The notes below the pieces were generated by a model. The model did no database searches, was not told where the DNA came from, and worked only from the letters and a program-made list of their open reading frames with translations. A program made the position numbers and the translations under genes. Below are positions 38,300 to 51,779 of a stretch of 64,000 bases of DNA, piece after piece; the first letter of the stretch is position 1; each line of letters begins with the position of its first letter. Where the stretch lies: positions 11,036,001-11,100,000 of the forward strand of contig NC_043014.1 in the NCBI RefSeq assembly GCF_006345805.1, in the 5' to 3' direction. The DNA comes from Octopus sinensis. Its lineage: Eukaryota.

Positions 38300-39320
38300 T
38301 GTGCCTATACATGCATGCATGTATGTATGTATGTATGTGTGCATATTTGCATGTGTATGTATATATGTGTATGTATGCATATGTATATATATGTATGTAT
38401 GTATATATGTGTGTGTATGCATATGTATAAATATATGTATGTATGTGTGAATGTTTGCATGTGTATGTATATATGTGTGTGTGTATGCATATGTATATGT
38501 GTATATATGTATGTATGTATGTGTGAATGTTTGCATGTGTATGTATATATGTGTGTGTGTATGCATATGTATATATGTATGTATGTGTGTGTGAATGTTT
38601 GCATGTGTATGTATGTATATATATGTGTGTATGCATATGTATATATGTATGTATGTGTGAATGTTTGCATGTGTATGTATGTATATATGTATGTGTATGC
38701 ATATGTATATATGTATATGTGTGAATGTTTGCATGTGTATGTATGTATATATGTATGTGTATGCATATGTATATATGTATGTATGTGTGAATGTTTGCAC
38801 GTGTATGTATGTATATATGTATGTGTATGCATATGTATATATGTATGTATGTGTGAATGTTTGCACGTGTATGTATGTATATATGTGTGTGTATGCATAT
38901 GTATATATGTATGTATGTGTGTGTGAATGTTTGCATGTGTATGTATATATATGTGTGTATGCATATGTATATATGTATGTATGTGTGAATGTTTGCACGT
39001 GTATGTATGTATATATGTATGTGTATGCATATGTATATATGTATATGTGTGAATGTTTGCATGTGTATGTATGTATATATGTATGTGTATGCATATGTAT
39101 ATATGTATGTGTGTGAATGTTTGCATGTGTATGTATGTATATATGTATGTGTATGCATATGTATATATGTATGTATGTGTGAATGTTTGCACGTGTATGT
39201 ATGTATATATGTGTGTGTATGCATATGTATATATGTATATGTGTGAATGTTTGCACGTGTATGTATGTATATATGTGTGTGTATGCATTTGTATATATGT
39301 ATGTATGTGTGTGCATCTGT
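38300..39320. repeat. ~60-66-bp minisatellite built from TATG/TG/TA microsatellite with a GTGAATGTTTGCA anchor
   Basis: Anchor recurs about 14 times; source of the YVCM/HTYI junk ORFs. Confidence 0.9.
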
Positions 39321-39692
39321 ATGTATGTATTCTTCATATTTATGTGCTTGTATGTCTGTGTTTGTGTATTTTCTATGTATGTGTGTGTGTGAGAGCGAGT
39401 GTTTGTATATATGTGCACCTCTGTCTCCTTGCGTGTGCATGTCTGTCTGTGTGTGTGTGTGTGTGTTATGCAACTATGTACCATGTTTGTATGTATGGAT
39501 GTGCATCTCTATATGTGTGGACCCATGTCTCTATATGTATCCTTGTGTGGAGTAAAGTGTGTGTATATATATGGGGTCATGTGTTTCAGTCTCCACTTGC
39601 GTATGTGTGCTTGTCTGTTCTTGTAACCTATGTACCTATCCGTCTGTATGTTGATCTGTTTATTTTCATATCTATATGCTTACTCTCTCTTT

Positions 39693-40095
39693 TTACTCTT
39701 TTACTTGTTTCAGTCATTTGACTGCGGCCATGCTGGAGCACCGCCTTTTAATCGAGCAAATTGACCCCGGGACTTATTCTTTTGTAAGGCCAGTACTTAT
39801 TCTATCGGTCTCACTTTTGCCGAACTGCTAAGTGACGGCGACGTAAACACACCAGCATCGGTTGTCAAGCAATGCTAAGGGAACAAACACACACACACAC
39901 ACATACATGCACATATATATATACATATATACGACGGGATTCTTTTAGTTTCCGTCTACCAAATCCACTCATAAGGCTTTGGTCGGCCCGGGGCTATAGC
40001 AGAAGACACTTGCCCAAGGTGCCACGCAGTGGGACTGAACCCTGGAACCATGTGGTTGGTAAGCAAGCTACTTACTACACAGCCACTCCTACGCC

Positions 40096-40127
<32 letters not shown>

Positions 40128-40285
40128 CGACGGGCTTCTTCCAGTTTCCCTCTACCAAATCCACTCACAAAGCTTTGGTCGGCCCGAGGCTATAGCAGAA
40201 AACACTTGCCCAAGATGCTATATGGTGGGACTGAACCCGGAACCATGTGGTTGGTAAGCAAGCTACTTACCATACAGCCACTCCG
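39693..40285 (-). mobile_element. CORE-like SINE with tandemly duplicated 5' half
   Basis: Head and CORE occur twice (39930-40095, 40125-40285). Confidence 0.8.
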
Positions 40286-40395
40286 CTATGAAGGGATTTA
40301 GTCGAACAAATCATCTCTACAAAAAAACAAAAATTCATACACACACACTAAATAAAATTTGAATAAAATGTAGCTCTTATCTAATGATAGTAGAA

Positions 40396-43300
40396 GACCC
40401 TGTCTCAATGACCCTGTCTTAATGACCCTATCTTAATGACCCTGTCTCAATGACCCTGTCTTAATGACCCTGTCTTAATGACCCTGTCTCAATGACCCTG
40501 TCTTAATGACCCTGTCTTAATGACCCTGTCTCAATGACCCTGTCTTAATGACCCTGTCTTAATGACCCTGTTTAATGACCCTGTCTTAATGACCTGTCTC
40601 AATGACCCTGTCTCAATGACCCTGTCTAATGACTCTGTCTCAATGACCCTGTCTTAATGACCCTGTCTCAATGACCCTGTCTCAATGACCCTGTCTCAAT
40701 GACCCTGTCTTAATGACCCTGTCTCGATGACCCTATCTTAATGACCATGTCTCGATGACCCTGTCTTAATGACCCTGTCTCGATGACCCTGTCTTAATGA
40801 CCCTGTCTTAATGACCCTGTCTTAATGACCCTGTCTCAATGACCCTGTCTTAATGACCCTGTCTCGGTGATCCTGTCTTAATGACCCTGTCTTAATGACC
40901 CTGTCTCAATGACCCTGTCTTAATGACCCTGTCTTAATGACCCTGTCTCAATGACCCTGTCTTAATGACCCTGTCTCAATGACCCTGTCTTAATGACCCT
41001 GTCTTAATGACCCTGTCTTAATGACCCTGTCTCAATGTCCCTGTCTTAATGACCCTGTCTCAATGACCCTGTCTTAATGACCCTGTCTTAATGACCCTGT
41101 CTTAATGACTCTGTCTCAATGACCCTGTCTAAATGAACCAGTCTCAATGAACCAGTCTCAATGACCCTGTCTCAATGACCCTGTCTCAATGACCCTGTCT
41201 TAATGACCCTGTCTCAATGACCCTGTCTCAATGACCCTGTCTTAATGACCCTGTCTCAATGACCCTGTCTTAATGACTCTGTCTCAATGACCCTGTCTTA
41301 ATGACCCTGTCTTAATGACCCAGTCTCGATGACCCTATCTTAATGACCCTGTCTCAGTGACCCTGTCTTAATGACCCTGTCTTAATGACCCTGTCCCAAT
41401 GACCCTGTCTTAATGACCCTGTCTTAATGACCCTGTCTTAATGACCCTGTCTCAATGACCCTGTCTCAATGACCCTGTCTTAATGACTCTGTCTCAATGA
41501 CCCTGTCTTAATGACCCTGTCTCAATGACCCTGTCTCAATGACCCTGTCTCAATGACCTGTCTCAATGACCCTGTCTTAATGACCCTGTCTCGATGACCC
41601 TATCTTAATGACCATGTCTCGATGACCCTGTCTTAATGACCTGTCTCGATGACCCTGTCTTAATGACCCTGTCTTAATGACCCGTCTTAATGACCCTGTC
41701 TCAATGACCCTGTCTTAATGACCCTGTCTCAATGACCCTGTCTTAATGACTCTGTCTCAATGACCCTGTCTTAATGACCTGTCTTAAGACCCAGTCTCGA
41801 TGACCCTATCTTAATGACCCTGTCTCGGTGACCCTGTCTTAATGACCCTGTCTTAATGACCCTGTCCCAATGACCCTGTCTTAATGACCCTGTCTTAATG
41901 ACCCTGTCTTAATGACCCTGTCTCAATGACCCTGTCTTAATGACCCTGTCTTAATGACCCTGTCTTAATGACTCTGTCTCGATGACCCTGTCTTAATGAC
42001 CCTATCTTAATGACCCTGTCTCAATGACCCTGTCTTAATGACCCTGTCTTAATGACCCTGTCTCAATGACCCTGTCTTAATGACCCTGTCTTAATGACCC
42101 TGTCTCAATGACCCTGTCTTAATGACCCTGTCTTAATGACCCTGTCTTAATGACCCTGTCTCAATGACCCTGTCTCAATGACCCTGTCTTAATGACTCTG
42201 TCTCAATGACCCTGTCTTAATGACCCTGTCTCAATGACCCTGTCTCAATGACCCTGTCTCAATGACCCTGTCTCAATGACCCTGTCTTAATGACCCTGTC
42301 TCGATGACCCTATCTTAATGACCATGTCTCGATGACCCTGTCTTAATGACCCTGTCTCGATGACCCTGTCTTAATGACCCTGTCTTAATGACCCTGTCTT
42401 AATGACCCTGTCTCAATGACCCTGTCTTAATGACCCTGTCTCGGTGATCCTGTCTTAATGACCCTGTCTTAATGACCCTGTCTCAATGACCCTGTCTTAA
42501 TGACCCTGTCTTAATGAACCCTGTCTCAATGACCCTGTCTTAATGACCCTGTCTCAATGACCCTGTCTTAATGACCCTTGTCTTAATGACCCTTGTCTTA
42601 ATGACCCTGTCTCAATGTCCCTGTCTTAATGACCCTGTCTCTATGACCCTGTCTTATGACCCTGTCTTAATGACCCTGTCTTAATGACTCTGTCTCAATG
42701 ACCCTGTCTAAATGAACCAGTCTCAATGAACCAGTCTCAATGACCCTGTCTCAATGACCTGTCTCAATGACCCTGTCTTAATGACCCTGTCTCAATGACC
42801 CTGTCTCAATGACCCTGTCTTAATGACCCTGTCTCAATGACCCTGTCTTAATGACTCTGTCTCAATGACCCTGTCTTAATGACCCTGTCTTAATGACCCA
42901 GTCTCGATGACCCTATCTTAATGACCCTGTCTCGGTGACCCTGTTAATGACCCTGTCTTAATGACCCTGTCCCAATGACCCTGTCTTAATGACCCTGTCT
43001 TAATGACCCTGTCTTAATGACCCTGTCTCAATGACCCTGTCTCAATGACCCTGTCTTAATGACTCTGTCTCAATGACCCTGTCTTAATGACCCTGTCTCA
43101 ATGACCCTGTCTCAATGACCCTGTCTCAATGACCCTGTCTCAATGACCCTGTCTTAATGACCCTGTCTCGATGACCCTATCTTAATGACCATGTCTCGAT
43201 GACCCTGTCTTAATGACCCTGTCTCGATGACCCTGTCTTAATGACCCTGTCTTAATGACCCTGTCTTAATGACCCTGTCTCAATGACCCTGTCTTAATGA

Positions 43301-43593
43301 CCCTGTCTCAATGACCCTGTCTTAATGACTCTGTCTCAATGACCCTGTCTTAATGACCCTGTCTTAATGACCCAGTCTCGATGACCCTATCTTAATGACC
43401 CTGTCTCGGTGACCCTGTCTTAATGACCCTGTCTTAATGACCCTGTCCCAATGACCCTGTCTTAATGACCCTGTCTTAATGACCCTGTCTTAATGACCCT
43501 GTCTCAATGACCCTGTCTTAATGACCCTGTCTTAATGACCCTGTCTTAATGACTCTGTCTCGATGACCCTGTCTCGGTGACCCTGTCTCAATG
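40396..43593. repeat. 14-bp tandem satellite (TYAATGACCCTGTC)n, ~3.2 kb, about 228 units
   Basis: Direct reading; variants TTAA/TCAA/TCGA/TCGG, occasional TGACTC, TGACCA, TGAACC. Confidence 0.98.
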
Positions 43594-43879
43594 CCACCCA
43601 TCCTCGCCCCTAACCCTATTTCTGTTCCCCCCCCCTCTCGCTCCAAATTTCACAAATCAAAATTGAACCTTTACAAGGATATTTTTGAATCTTTTGTCTT
43701 TTATGATTTGTTTCAGTCACAGGACTGCGGCCATGCTGGGGCACCGCTTTGAAGGGATTTGGTCGAACAAATCATCTCCATTGCTTATGTATAAGAGTGG
43801 TATTTTTGTTTTGATTGGTCTCTTCTGTCCAACTGCTAAGTTACGAGGGCGTAAAACCAACCAAGCAGTGGAGGATTAC

Positions 43880-44370
43880 AAACACAAAGCTAGGCACAAA
43901 CACACACACAAACATGCACAAACACAAGGACTCACGCACACGCACACACATGCACATACAAAGACACACACAAACACAAATGCATACACACACAAACACA
44001 TATGTACACACACATACACATACACACAAACACGCACACACTCACATGTACACTCCCAGAAACACAAATACACACACGCACATACACACACAAACACACA
44101 TATACACAAACACACGCACACAAACACACACATACATACACACAGACAAATGCACAAACACAAGGACACACGCACAAACGCACGTACACACACACACACA
44201 CACACACAAAGACAATACACACGCACAAACACAAATGCACACACACATACACATACATACACACACGCACACACTCTCTCTACACTCCCAAAAACACAAA
44301 TACACACAGACACACACATGCACACAAACACACACATATAAATACACACACACACACACACACAAACAGG

Positions 44371-44419
<49 letters not shown>

Positions 44420-44420
44420 T
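43880..44420. repeat. Cryptic (CA)n compound microsatellite
   Basis: Direct reading. Confidence 0.9.
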
Positions 44421-44694
44421 ATTTAGAATGTAAGTCGGGCAGATAAACCTAACACACACAGAAGGTAAACATAAAAATATATAAAGGAAATATGAGAAAG
44501 ATCTAAAAAAATGAAAGTCTTGAGGTTTTACTCTTAGAAACTCTTTTACTGCGGAATCAAATTTCATGGTCATTCCAGCAATCAAAATAGAAAAACAAGA
44601 TAACGAATTAGTATTTTCAAAAAGTCACGCTGCTTTGATAAATTTGACGTATATCAACAAAAATAGATTCAAACTTGATATTCCTAAATGACAG

Positions 44695-44760
<66 letters not shown>

Positions 44761-44795
44761 TCAATGACAGATAATAATAATAATAATAATAATAA

Positions 44796-45352
44796 ATGCC
44801 CTGATGCAGTACCAGGCAGTGGCTCTCATGGCTTCTGATCTCAACTGATTGGAAGTGTTATCAATGTACATTGTTTTGTCTTGGTATAAAAGATGGGCTA
44901 CAGCAAATATTCTGCTCAATACCACAGATTTGCTTGTCGGTTGTTTGACCATAACCAGTTGAGCATGTCCCTTAGTGGCTGACGATATGTGCATCTCTGA
45001 TCACGAGCAGAAGTAGTGGGGGAGCATCATAGCCATGTGTTGAGAGGGATTCTTTGGGGTTTGAATAATTCACCTCTGGAAATATGGGTGGTTCTTTCAA
45101 CATCCTTAAACAACCCTTATTCAGGGACCTTTTGAGCGAGATGGGCTACTCAACCTGAAGAAAATTCTAACTGGGCCCCACCTGCAAGGTCATGTGCTGT
45201 TTATCTTGATATGAGATCACCATGTCGCGCACATATGATAGTGATGCATGTGACTGGTGTACCCTTATCAGACGGGTAGTCATGATGGGTATATTGGGCT
45301 TCGTATATTTTACCCCAGTGTCACTTTGATGGCATGAACTGCTCTCTCACTC
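44796..45352. mobile_element. ~560-bp non-coding interspersed repeat embedded in (TAA)n on both sides
   Basis: (TAA)n at 44691-44795 and 45353-45388; an internal segment recurs at 26740-26822. Confidence 0.55.
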
Positions 45353-45390
<38 letters not shown>

Positions 45391-45499
45391 AATTATTGTA
45401 TACAGTGCTCAGGTGCACCACAACTTGTCAAAAGTGCATATAAAGCATATGCAGTAATGTACAAATGTACAAGTTATTTTTTATTAAACATAACTAGTC

Positions 45500-45910
45500 G
45501 TATGAGGGGCTGTTTGGTAAGTAGCTTTCTTATGAACCGCGTGGTTCTGGGTTCAGTCCCACTGCGTGGCACCTTGGGCAAGTGCCTTCTGCTCTAGCCT
45601 CGGGTCCACCAAAGCCTTGTGAGTGGATTTGGTAGACGGAAACTGAAAGAAGCCCGTCGTATATATGTGTATATATATATATATGTGTGTGTGTGTGTGC
45701 GTGTATGTTTGTGTGTCTGTGTTTGTCCCCCTAGCATTGCTTGACAACCGATGCTGGTGTGTTTACGTCCCCGTTACTTAGCGGTTCGGCAAAAGACCGA
45801 TAGAATAAGTACTGGGCTTACAAAAGAATAAGTCCCGGGGTCGAGTTGCTCGATTAAAGGCGGTGCTCCAGCATAGCCACAGTCAAATGACTGAAACAAG
45901 TAAAAGAGAG
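45500..45910 (+). mobile_element. CORE-like SINE
   Basis: Full-length match. Confidence 0.8.
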
Positions 45911-45919
45911 AGAGAGAGA

Positions 45920-46300
45920 GTAATAATAATAATAATAATAATGAAATTATTGTACACAGCGCTCGGGTGCACCACAACTTGTCAAAATTGCATATAAAGT
46001 ATATGCAGTAATGTACAAATGTCTGGAGAGTGAACTGTGTATGAGTCAGATACATGCTTGCGTGTGTATGGAGGAGAGAAAATCAGGTGTAGTGTTGGCG
46101 AATCTCAGGAAGCATGGAGGTTTTGAAGGATGCAGTGCTCCGACAACTAACAACTGATGCTGGCTGTTTGTTCCATGCTTCAGCAACTCTCGGCGGGAAA
46201 AAATGTTTCCTAAAGTCATGGGAGCTGTGCTGTTTTCTGACTTTGTAAACATGTTCACGGGTGTTAGACAGATGGAGTTTGAAAAGGATGTATCTTCTTA
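45920..46300 (-). mobile_element. CR1-type LINE 3' end with (TAA)n tail
   Basis: ORF 46083-46337, nearly identical to the 37.7 kb copy. A further ~110-bp tail fragment lies at 45356-45470. Confidence 0.75.
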
Positions 46301-46524
46301 ATTTCCGCAATAAAATGTTTAAACATGATCGTAACACTCTGAAGATGGAAGTTGATTAAAGAATAAAATTCAGTAGATTTTTTTTTTTTTTAAAGAACAG
46401 CAAAAGAGAATTCCACAAGGTTTAAAATCTGGGTGAAGAAAGGGCAACAAAAGTTTTGAACGCAAAAAGCTTGGCTGAGAATGAGGGCGATAAGGGAAGA
46501 GTTGATAGTCAGAGGGGGTACTCT

Positions 46525-47210
46525 GTACTCTCTTTTACGCTTTTACTTGTTTCAGTCATTTGACTGTGGCCATGCTGGAGCACCGCCTTTAGTTGAGCAA
46601 ATCGACTCCAGGACTTATTTTTTGTAAGCCTAGTGCTTATTCTATTGGTATCTTTTGCTAAACCGCTAAGTTACGGGGACATAAACACACCAGCATCGGT
46701 TGCCAAGCGATGTTGCAGGGACAAACACATACACACAAACACACACACACATATATACATATATACGACTGGCTTCTTTCAGTTTCCGTCTACCAAATCC
46801 ACTCACAAGGCTTTGGTCAGCCCGAGGCTATAGTAGAAGACATTTGTCCAAGGTGCCACACAGTGGGACTGAACCTGGAACCATGTGCTTGGTAAGCAAG
46901 CTACTTTATTTCATAAAATTTGCCATGACAGCATTACAAAGAGATGAATGATGGAAAAAAAAATGAAAAAATGATATCGATGGGAAAAGATAAAAAACGC
47001 CCGCTGAGTTTTTGCTTCTCTAATACATTACTCTTTATTTTAAAAAAAACAACAAAATGAGGTATTAAACTTCTTACTTTAGTTTATTACAAATTTTCTT
47101 TTGTCTCTCTATAAAAAGGATCACACAAAAATGAGACAATAAACCTCTTACACAAACTGAGACACCAAGTCTCTTCAATGAAGCTACTTACCACACAGCC
47201 ACTCCTGCAC
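46525..47210 (-). mobile_element. CORE-like SINE split by a 274-bp insertion
   Basis: Head resumes at 47181 after duplicated AAGCTACTT. Confidence 0.75.
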
Positions 47211-47427
47211 CTATTGCCTTTTTTTTTTTTTTTTTTTTTGCTGTGGATTAGACTCACTGAAATGAATTTCCAAGGGTCAAAGTAATTCCTGAAAGATTGA
47301 AGAATTTTATGAGTCCACTCACATGTGGGCACTGGGGAACAATGTTTGAGGATAATGGACAGGATAATGTCAAGGTCGGTGGCCTTGTTGGTTGGAAATG
47401 AGTGGACATACTTTTGCACATGGTATT

Positions 47428-47652
47428 GTAAACTCAAGGCGGCAAGCTGGCAGAAACGTTAGCACACCAGGCAAAATGCTAAGTGGTATTTCGTCTGCCG
47501 CTACGTTCTGAGTTCAAATTCTGCCGAAGTCGACTTTGCCTTTCATCCTTTCGGTTACGCACTGGGGTCGATGTAATCGACTTAATATCTATGTCTGTCC
47601 TTGTTTGTCCCCTCTGTGTTTAGCCCCTTGTGGGTAATAAAGAAATAGGTAT
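47428..47652 (+). mobile_element. Meta-like SINE
   Basis: Head GGCGGCAAGCTGGCAGAAACGTTAGC to tail AAAGAAATAGGTAT, small internal deletion. Confidence 0.75.
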
Positions 47653-47731
47653 TGTAAACTATAGCTGTATCATCCTTTAGCATCACCATATCCAGACATA
47701 TTTTCTGCGTCTGAAAGACTATAAGTAATTA

Positions 47732-47781
<50 letters not shown>

Positions 47782-47989
47782 CCGCGCATTTGTGTGTGTG
47801 TGTGTGTGTACCCACGTGTTTGTGTGTGTGTGTATGTGTGCACGTATGGCAGATTATTGCTGGAATGCTTTTAATTGTAGACTTACTCAATCAAGGCCAA
47901 CGTGAAACTGAACAAAAGCAACAACATCGATGACAATACCTCATCTTTCCAAGGTGCCAAAACACTGAGTAAAAATGGGGCACTTTGTG

Positions 47990-48960
47990 ATCTCCGACTC
48001 CTGTTTAGTGACCCCTATTTTCTTATTTTAGGACTACTGATCTCTAGTTTTGCGATTCCTATTTGTCCTTTTCGTCAATCCTTTTCTCCCGTTTTTGGCT
48101 CCTATTTTTTCATTTTGTCACTCCTTTTCTCTCCTTTTAAGACTCATGTTCTCCCGTCTTGAGTCTCTGGTTTTTCTACTCTGTTACTCTTAGCCTCTAG
48201 CTTTTGACTCCTATTTTTTCCATTTTGTCACTCCTTTTCTCCCGTTTTGACTCCTATTTTTTTCATTTTGTCATTCCTTTTCTCTCCTTTTAGGACTCAT
48301 GTTCTCCCATTTTGAGACTCCGGTTTTTCTACTCTGTTACTCTTAGCCTCTAGCTTTTGACTCCTATTTTTTCCATTTTGTGACTCACATTCTCTCATTT
48401 TTGAACTTCTGTTTTCCCATTTTGAATCTCTTATTTTTCCACTTCGTATCTCCGAATCTCCCATTTTTGACCCCTACTTTCTATTTTGTGATTTGTATTT
48501 TCCCCCTTTGGGGCTCATATTCTTCCATTTTAAGACTCCTGTTCTCTTGTTTTGAGAATACTATTTTCCACTTTGTTAATCTTATTCTTCCATTTGTGAC
48601 TCCTATTCTTCAAATTTGTGATTCCTATTCTCCTATTTTAGGACATGTTCTTCGAACTTGGTTATTCCAATTCTCTGTTTTTGACTCCTATTTTCTATTT
48701 ATGACTCATATTCTTCCATTTTGTGACTCGTACAATCCCATTTCATGACCATTGTTTTCCCATTATCTGGCTCCTCCCATTACATGACACCTATTCTTCC
48801 ATTTTATGACTTCACTTCACCCCTTCTAATTTGTGACCAAATTTTATCATTTTAGATCCCCCATTTTCCCATTTTCCCATTTTTGCAACCCAAACCTGAC
48901 CATATTTTCCCATTTAGAACCCCTCATTTACATATTTTATAACCTCATTTTGTGATCCCA
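47990..48960. repeat. Degenerate pyrimidine-rich tandem repeat (GACTCCTATTTTT/CCATTTT units, one ~180-bp higher unit duplicated)
   Basis: 48100-48280 closely matches 48280-48440; shorter units decay rightwards. Confidence 0.7.
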
Positions 48961-49060
48961 TCGTCATATTTCGAACCCCAATCTTCACCTCATATTATAA
49001 GCCCCAATGGTGTCAGCAAGCCTACTAGCACCCTATTTCGAACAAATGGTATAATTTATA

Positions 49061-49379
49061 CTAGCAACGCTGGGTCATAGTGCTAGTGCATGCATATACA
49101 GCTGCGTGCGTGCGTGCGCACATACACGCGAGTACTGTCCAAATCTCCGACCAATCACATACAGCTAGCTGGCACTCAATTGGTGTATCAAGTTTCAGGC
49201 AGTTTGATTGGGTTTTGGATAGAAAATTCACAAAAAAGTCACTTCTATTGATTTTTTAATGGCTTTGCGGGGTGACTGGGGAAATGTAATGATGTGCACG
49301 TTCACTCTTGGGCGATTTTGAATGACCATAGAAAGTGCGAGCCCTCTAACTGAAAAATTGTGGATTTGTATAAAGGACA

Positions 49380-49429
<50 letters not shown>

Positions 49430-49461
49430 CACACACATTTTGCCGTTTATATATAGAGAGA
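49061..49461 (-). mobile_element. Non-autonomous Helitron-like element with internal (CA)n
   Basis: Minus strand A|TCTCTCTATATATAAACGGCA ... GCGTTGCTAG|T. Confidence 0.55.
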
Positions 49462-49843
49462 TGACATTTGGTGTGCAACAGTCCACTCTATGAGATAAGT
49501 ACTTTCGATACAGGTTTCCAATCACCAACAAGCTATAGAAATTAACTTCACGTTAATTCACGATGATAATCTTTCAGGATAAGCAGGTGTTGTCGTTAAC
49601 TAATGAACAAACAAGCGTTCTGAAATACATTTCCCGAGCATATATTTGTTTCAAATCGAAATTTTTAAACTAGATTTTGTTGTTCTATTTTTGATAAAAT
49701 CTTTAAAATATTTTGAAGAAAGAACAATTTCAGCTTTTTAATCCTCTTCTCCCACTATCTCTGCATATTACATTGTGTTTTAATGTGTTTTTATCTTTAC
49801 ACAATCGTTCTTCTGTATCTCTGACGACCTACTTATATATGTA

Positions 49844-49897
<54 letters not shown>

Positions 49898-49900
<3 letters not shown>

Positions 49901-50098
49901 CGAGCTGGCAGAGACGTTAGCAAACCAGGCGAAGTGCCTTGCGGTATTTCGCCCGTCGCTATGTTCTGAGTTCAAATTCCGCCGAGGTCGACTTTGCCTT
50001 TCATCCTTTCGGGGTCGATAAATTAAGTAGCAGTTAATCCGTTTGTCTGTCCTTGTTTGTCCCCTCTATGTTTAGCCCATTGTGGGTAATAAAGAAAC
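49898..50098 (+). mobile_element. Meta-like SINE
   Basis: Head-to-tail match with internal deletion. Decayed copies also lie at about 10760-10975, 26862-27310, 27972-28115 and 31360-32000. Confidence 0.7.
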
Positions 50099-50111
50099 AT
50101 ATATATATACA

Positions 50112-51413
50112 CTAGCAGTATCGCCCGGCGTTGCTCAGGTTGCAAGGGAAATAACTATAAAGCATTTTTAGAGAGTTATAGCCAAAAAATAGCAAAAAAA
50201 TGCATTAAAAATGGAAAAAATATGATGGTAAATTTTTTTTTAAATCGTTGATTCATCGTAGACATTTTTAGAGAGTTACTTCCCTTTAAAAAAATATGCA
50301 TTAAAATGGGAAAAAATGATGGTAAATTTTTTTTTAAATCGTAGACTCATCGTAGACGCGCGCTAATACCCAGAAGGGCTCGATATGAATCACGACTATA
50401 ACATACCCGGTTTTGGTTAAACTGCACCGCAAAATGTGGGAGTAGTTAGGAATCTAAATCGGAGTAGACAGACACACAACTTTACTTTTATATATAAAGA
50501 CTAGCAGTATCGCCCGGCGTTGCTCGGATTTGTAAGGGAAATAACTATAAAGCATTTTTAGAGAGTTATAGCCAAAAAATAGCAAAAAAATGCATTAAAA
50601 ATGGAAAAAAAATTATAGTAAATTTTTTTTAAATCGTTGACTCATCGTAGACATTTTTAGAGAGTTACTTCCCTTATATAATAGCGAAGAAAATGCATCA
50701 AAATGGGAAAAAATGATGGTAAATTATTTTTAAAATCGTAGACTCATCGTAGATGCGCACTAATACCCAGAAGGGCTCGATATGAATCACGACTATAAGA
50801 TACCCGGTTTTGGTTAAACTGCACCGCAAAATGTGGGAGTAGTTAGGAATCTAAATCGTAGGAGACAGACACACAACTTGACTTTTATATATAAAGATTT
50901 GTGCAACAACTAAAACATTCGGTTGTGCAAATTGTTTGCACAGGAAACCTGCCCTGTGTGGCGGTTTTTGCCGTTTTTGTGGATCTGTTTCAGCTTTTTT
51001 AGCGATTTCTGTTTTGGCGACTTCAAGCCATGAAGTCGTTATTCTAAAAGAACGCTGGTCTCCTTAACAACGCTTTACGACGTTGATTTCCTTACACTCC
51101 CTTCCCCACAGCTTCACGAGGGAGGGAAGAAGGGGGAGAAGCAACACAGGTGCAGGTGTGAGCATGGACGCCAACTCCGCCGCCTTCCCTTTATTAAAAA
51201 AATATGCGTTAAAATGGAAAAAAAATTATGGTAAATTATTTTTAAAATTGTAGACTCATCGTAGACGCGCGCTAATACCCAGACGGGCTCGATATGAATC
51301 ACGACTATAAGATAACCGAATTTGGTTAAACTGCACCGCAAAATGTGGGAGTAGTTAGGAATCTAAATCGTAGGAGACAGACACTCACACCACTTCACTT
51401 TTATATATATAGA
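50112..51413 (-). mobile_element. Tandem array of three non-autonomous Helitron units
   Basis: Minus strand units start TC(T/A)TATATA and end hairpin CCCGAGCAACGCCGGGCG-ATACTG-CTAG. Junction at 50500/50501 reads CTAG|TC. Confidence 0.75.
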
Positions 51414-51779
51414 TATAAAGAAGCATTGGTTATAAGCAAGCATTAAATTTGGGTCAACAACTTTATATACAACACCACTCCTCGGAGATTTAATCATATA
51501 TAAAAATCACCATGGTTCCCAGACACATAAAAATAATACATGTACATAAAGTCACAGAAGGTAAAAATATACAATCGAAAAAATACAAATAGAACGGCCA
51601 ATCAAAAAAGTTAAATATAAACGGCTAAAAACTCATAAACTACCAAAAAACATAATAGACAAATATAAAATCAGTAAAGGTAAAAATAAAATAGAATAAA
51701 ATAAAATAAAATAAAATAAAATAAAATAAAATAAATAAATGTCCACCGACTAAAAAAGTTTTATCAGACGATTAAAATA

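Noticed and set aside
38198-39721. Long ORFs of 200-420 aa (HTYI/YVCM repeats), likewise 11435-11761, 43685-44585 and 57317-58014
   Set aside because: Microsatellites lack stop codons in several frames; not genes.
40396-43593. Regular repeat array as a possible CRISPR or coding repeat
   Set aside because: Contiguous 14-bp units with no unique spacers, stops in the reading frames, eukaryotic context.
44544-44690. ~50-codon open frame (NSFTAESNF...KLDIPK*)
   Set aside because: AT-rich, no start, weak splice support, no homology I can recognise.
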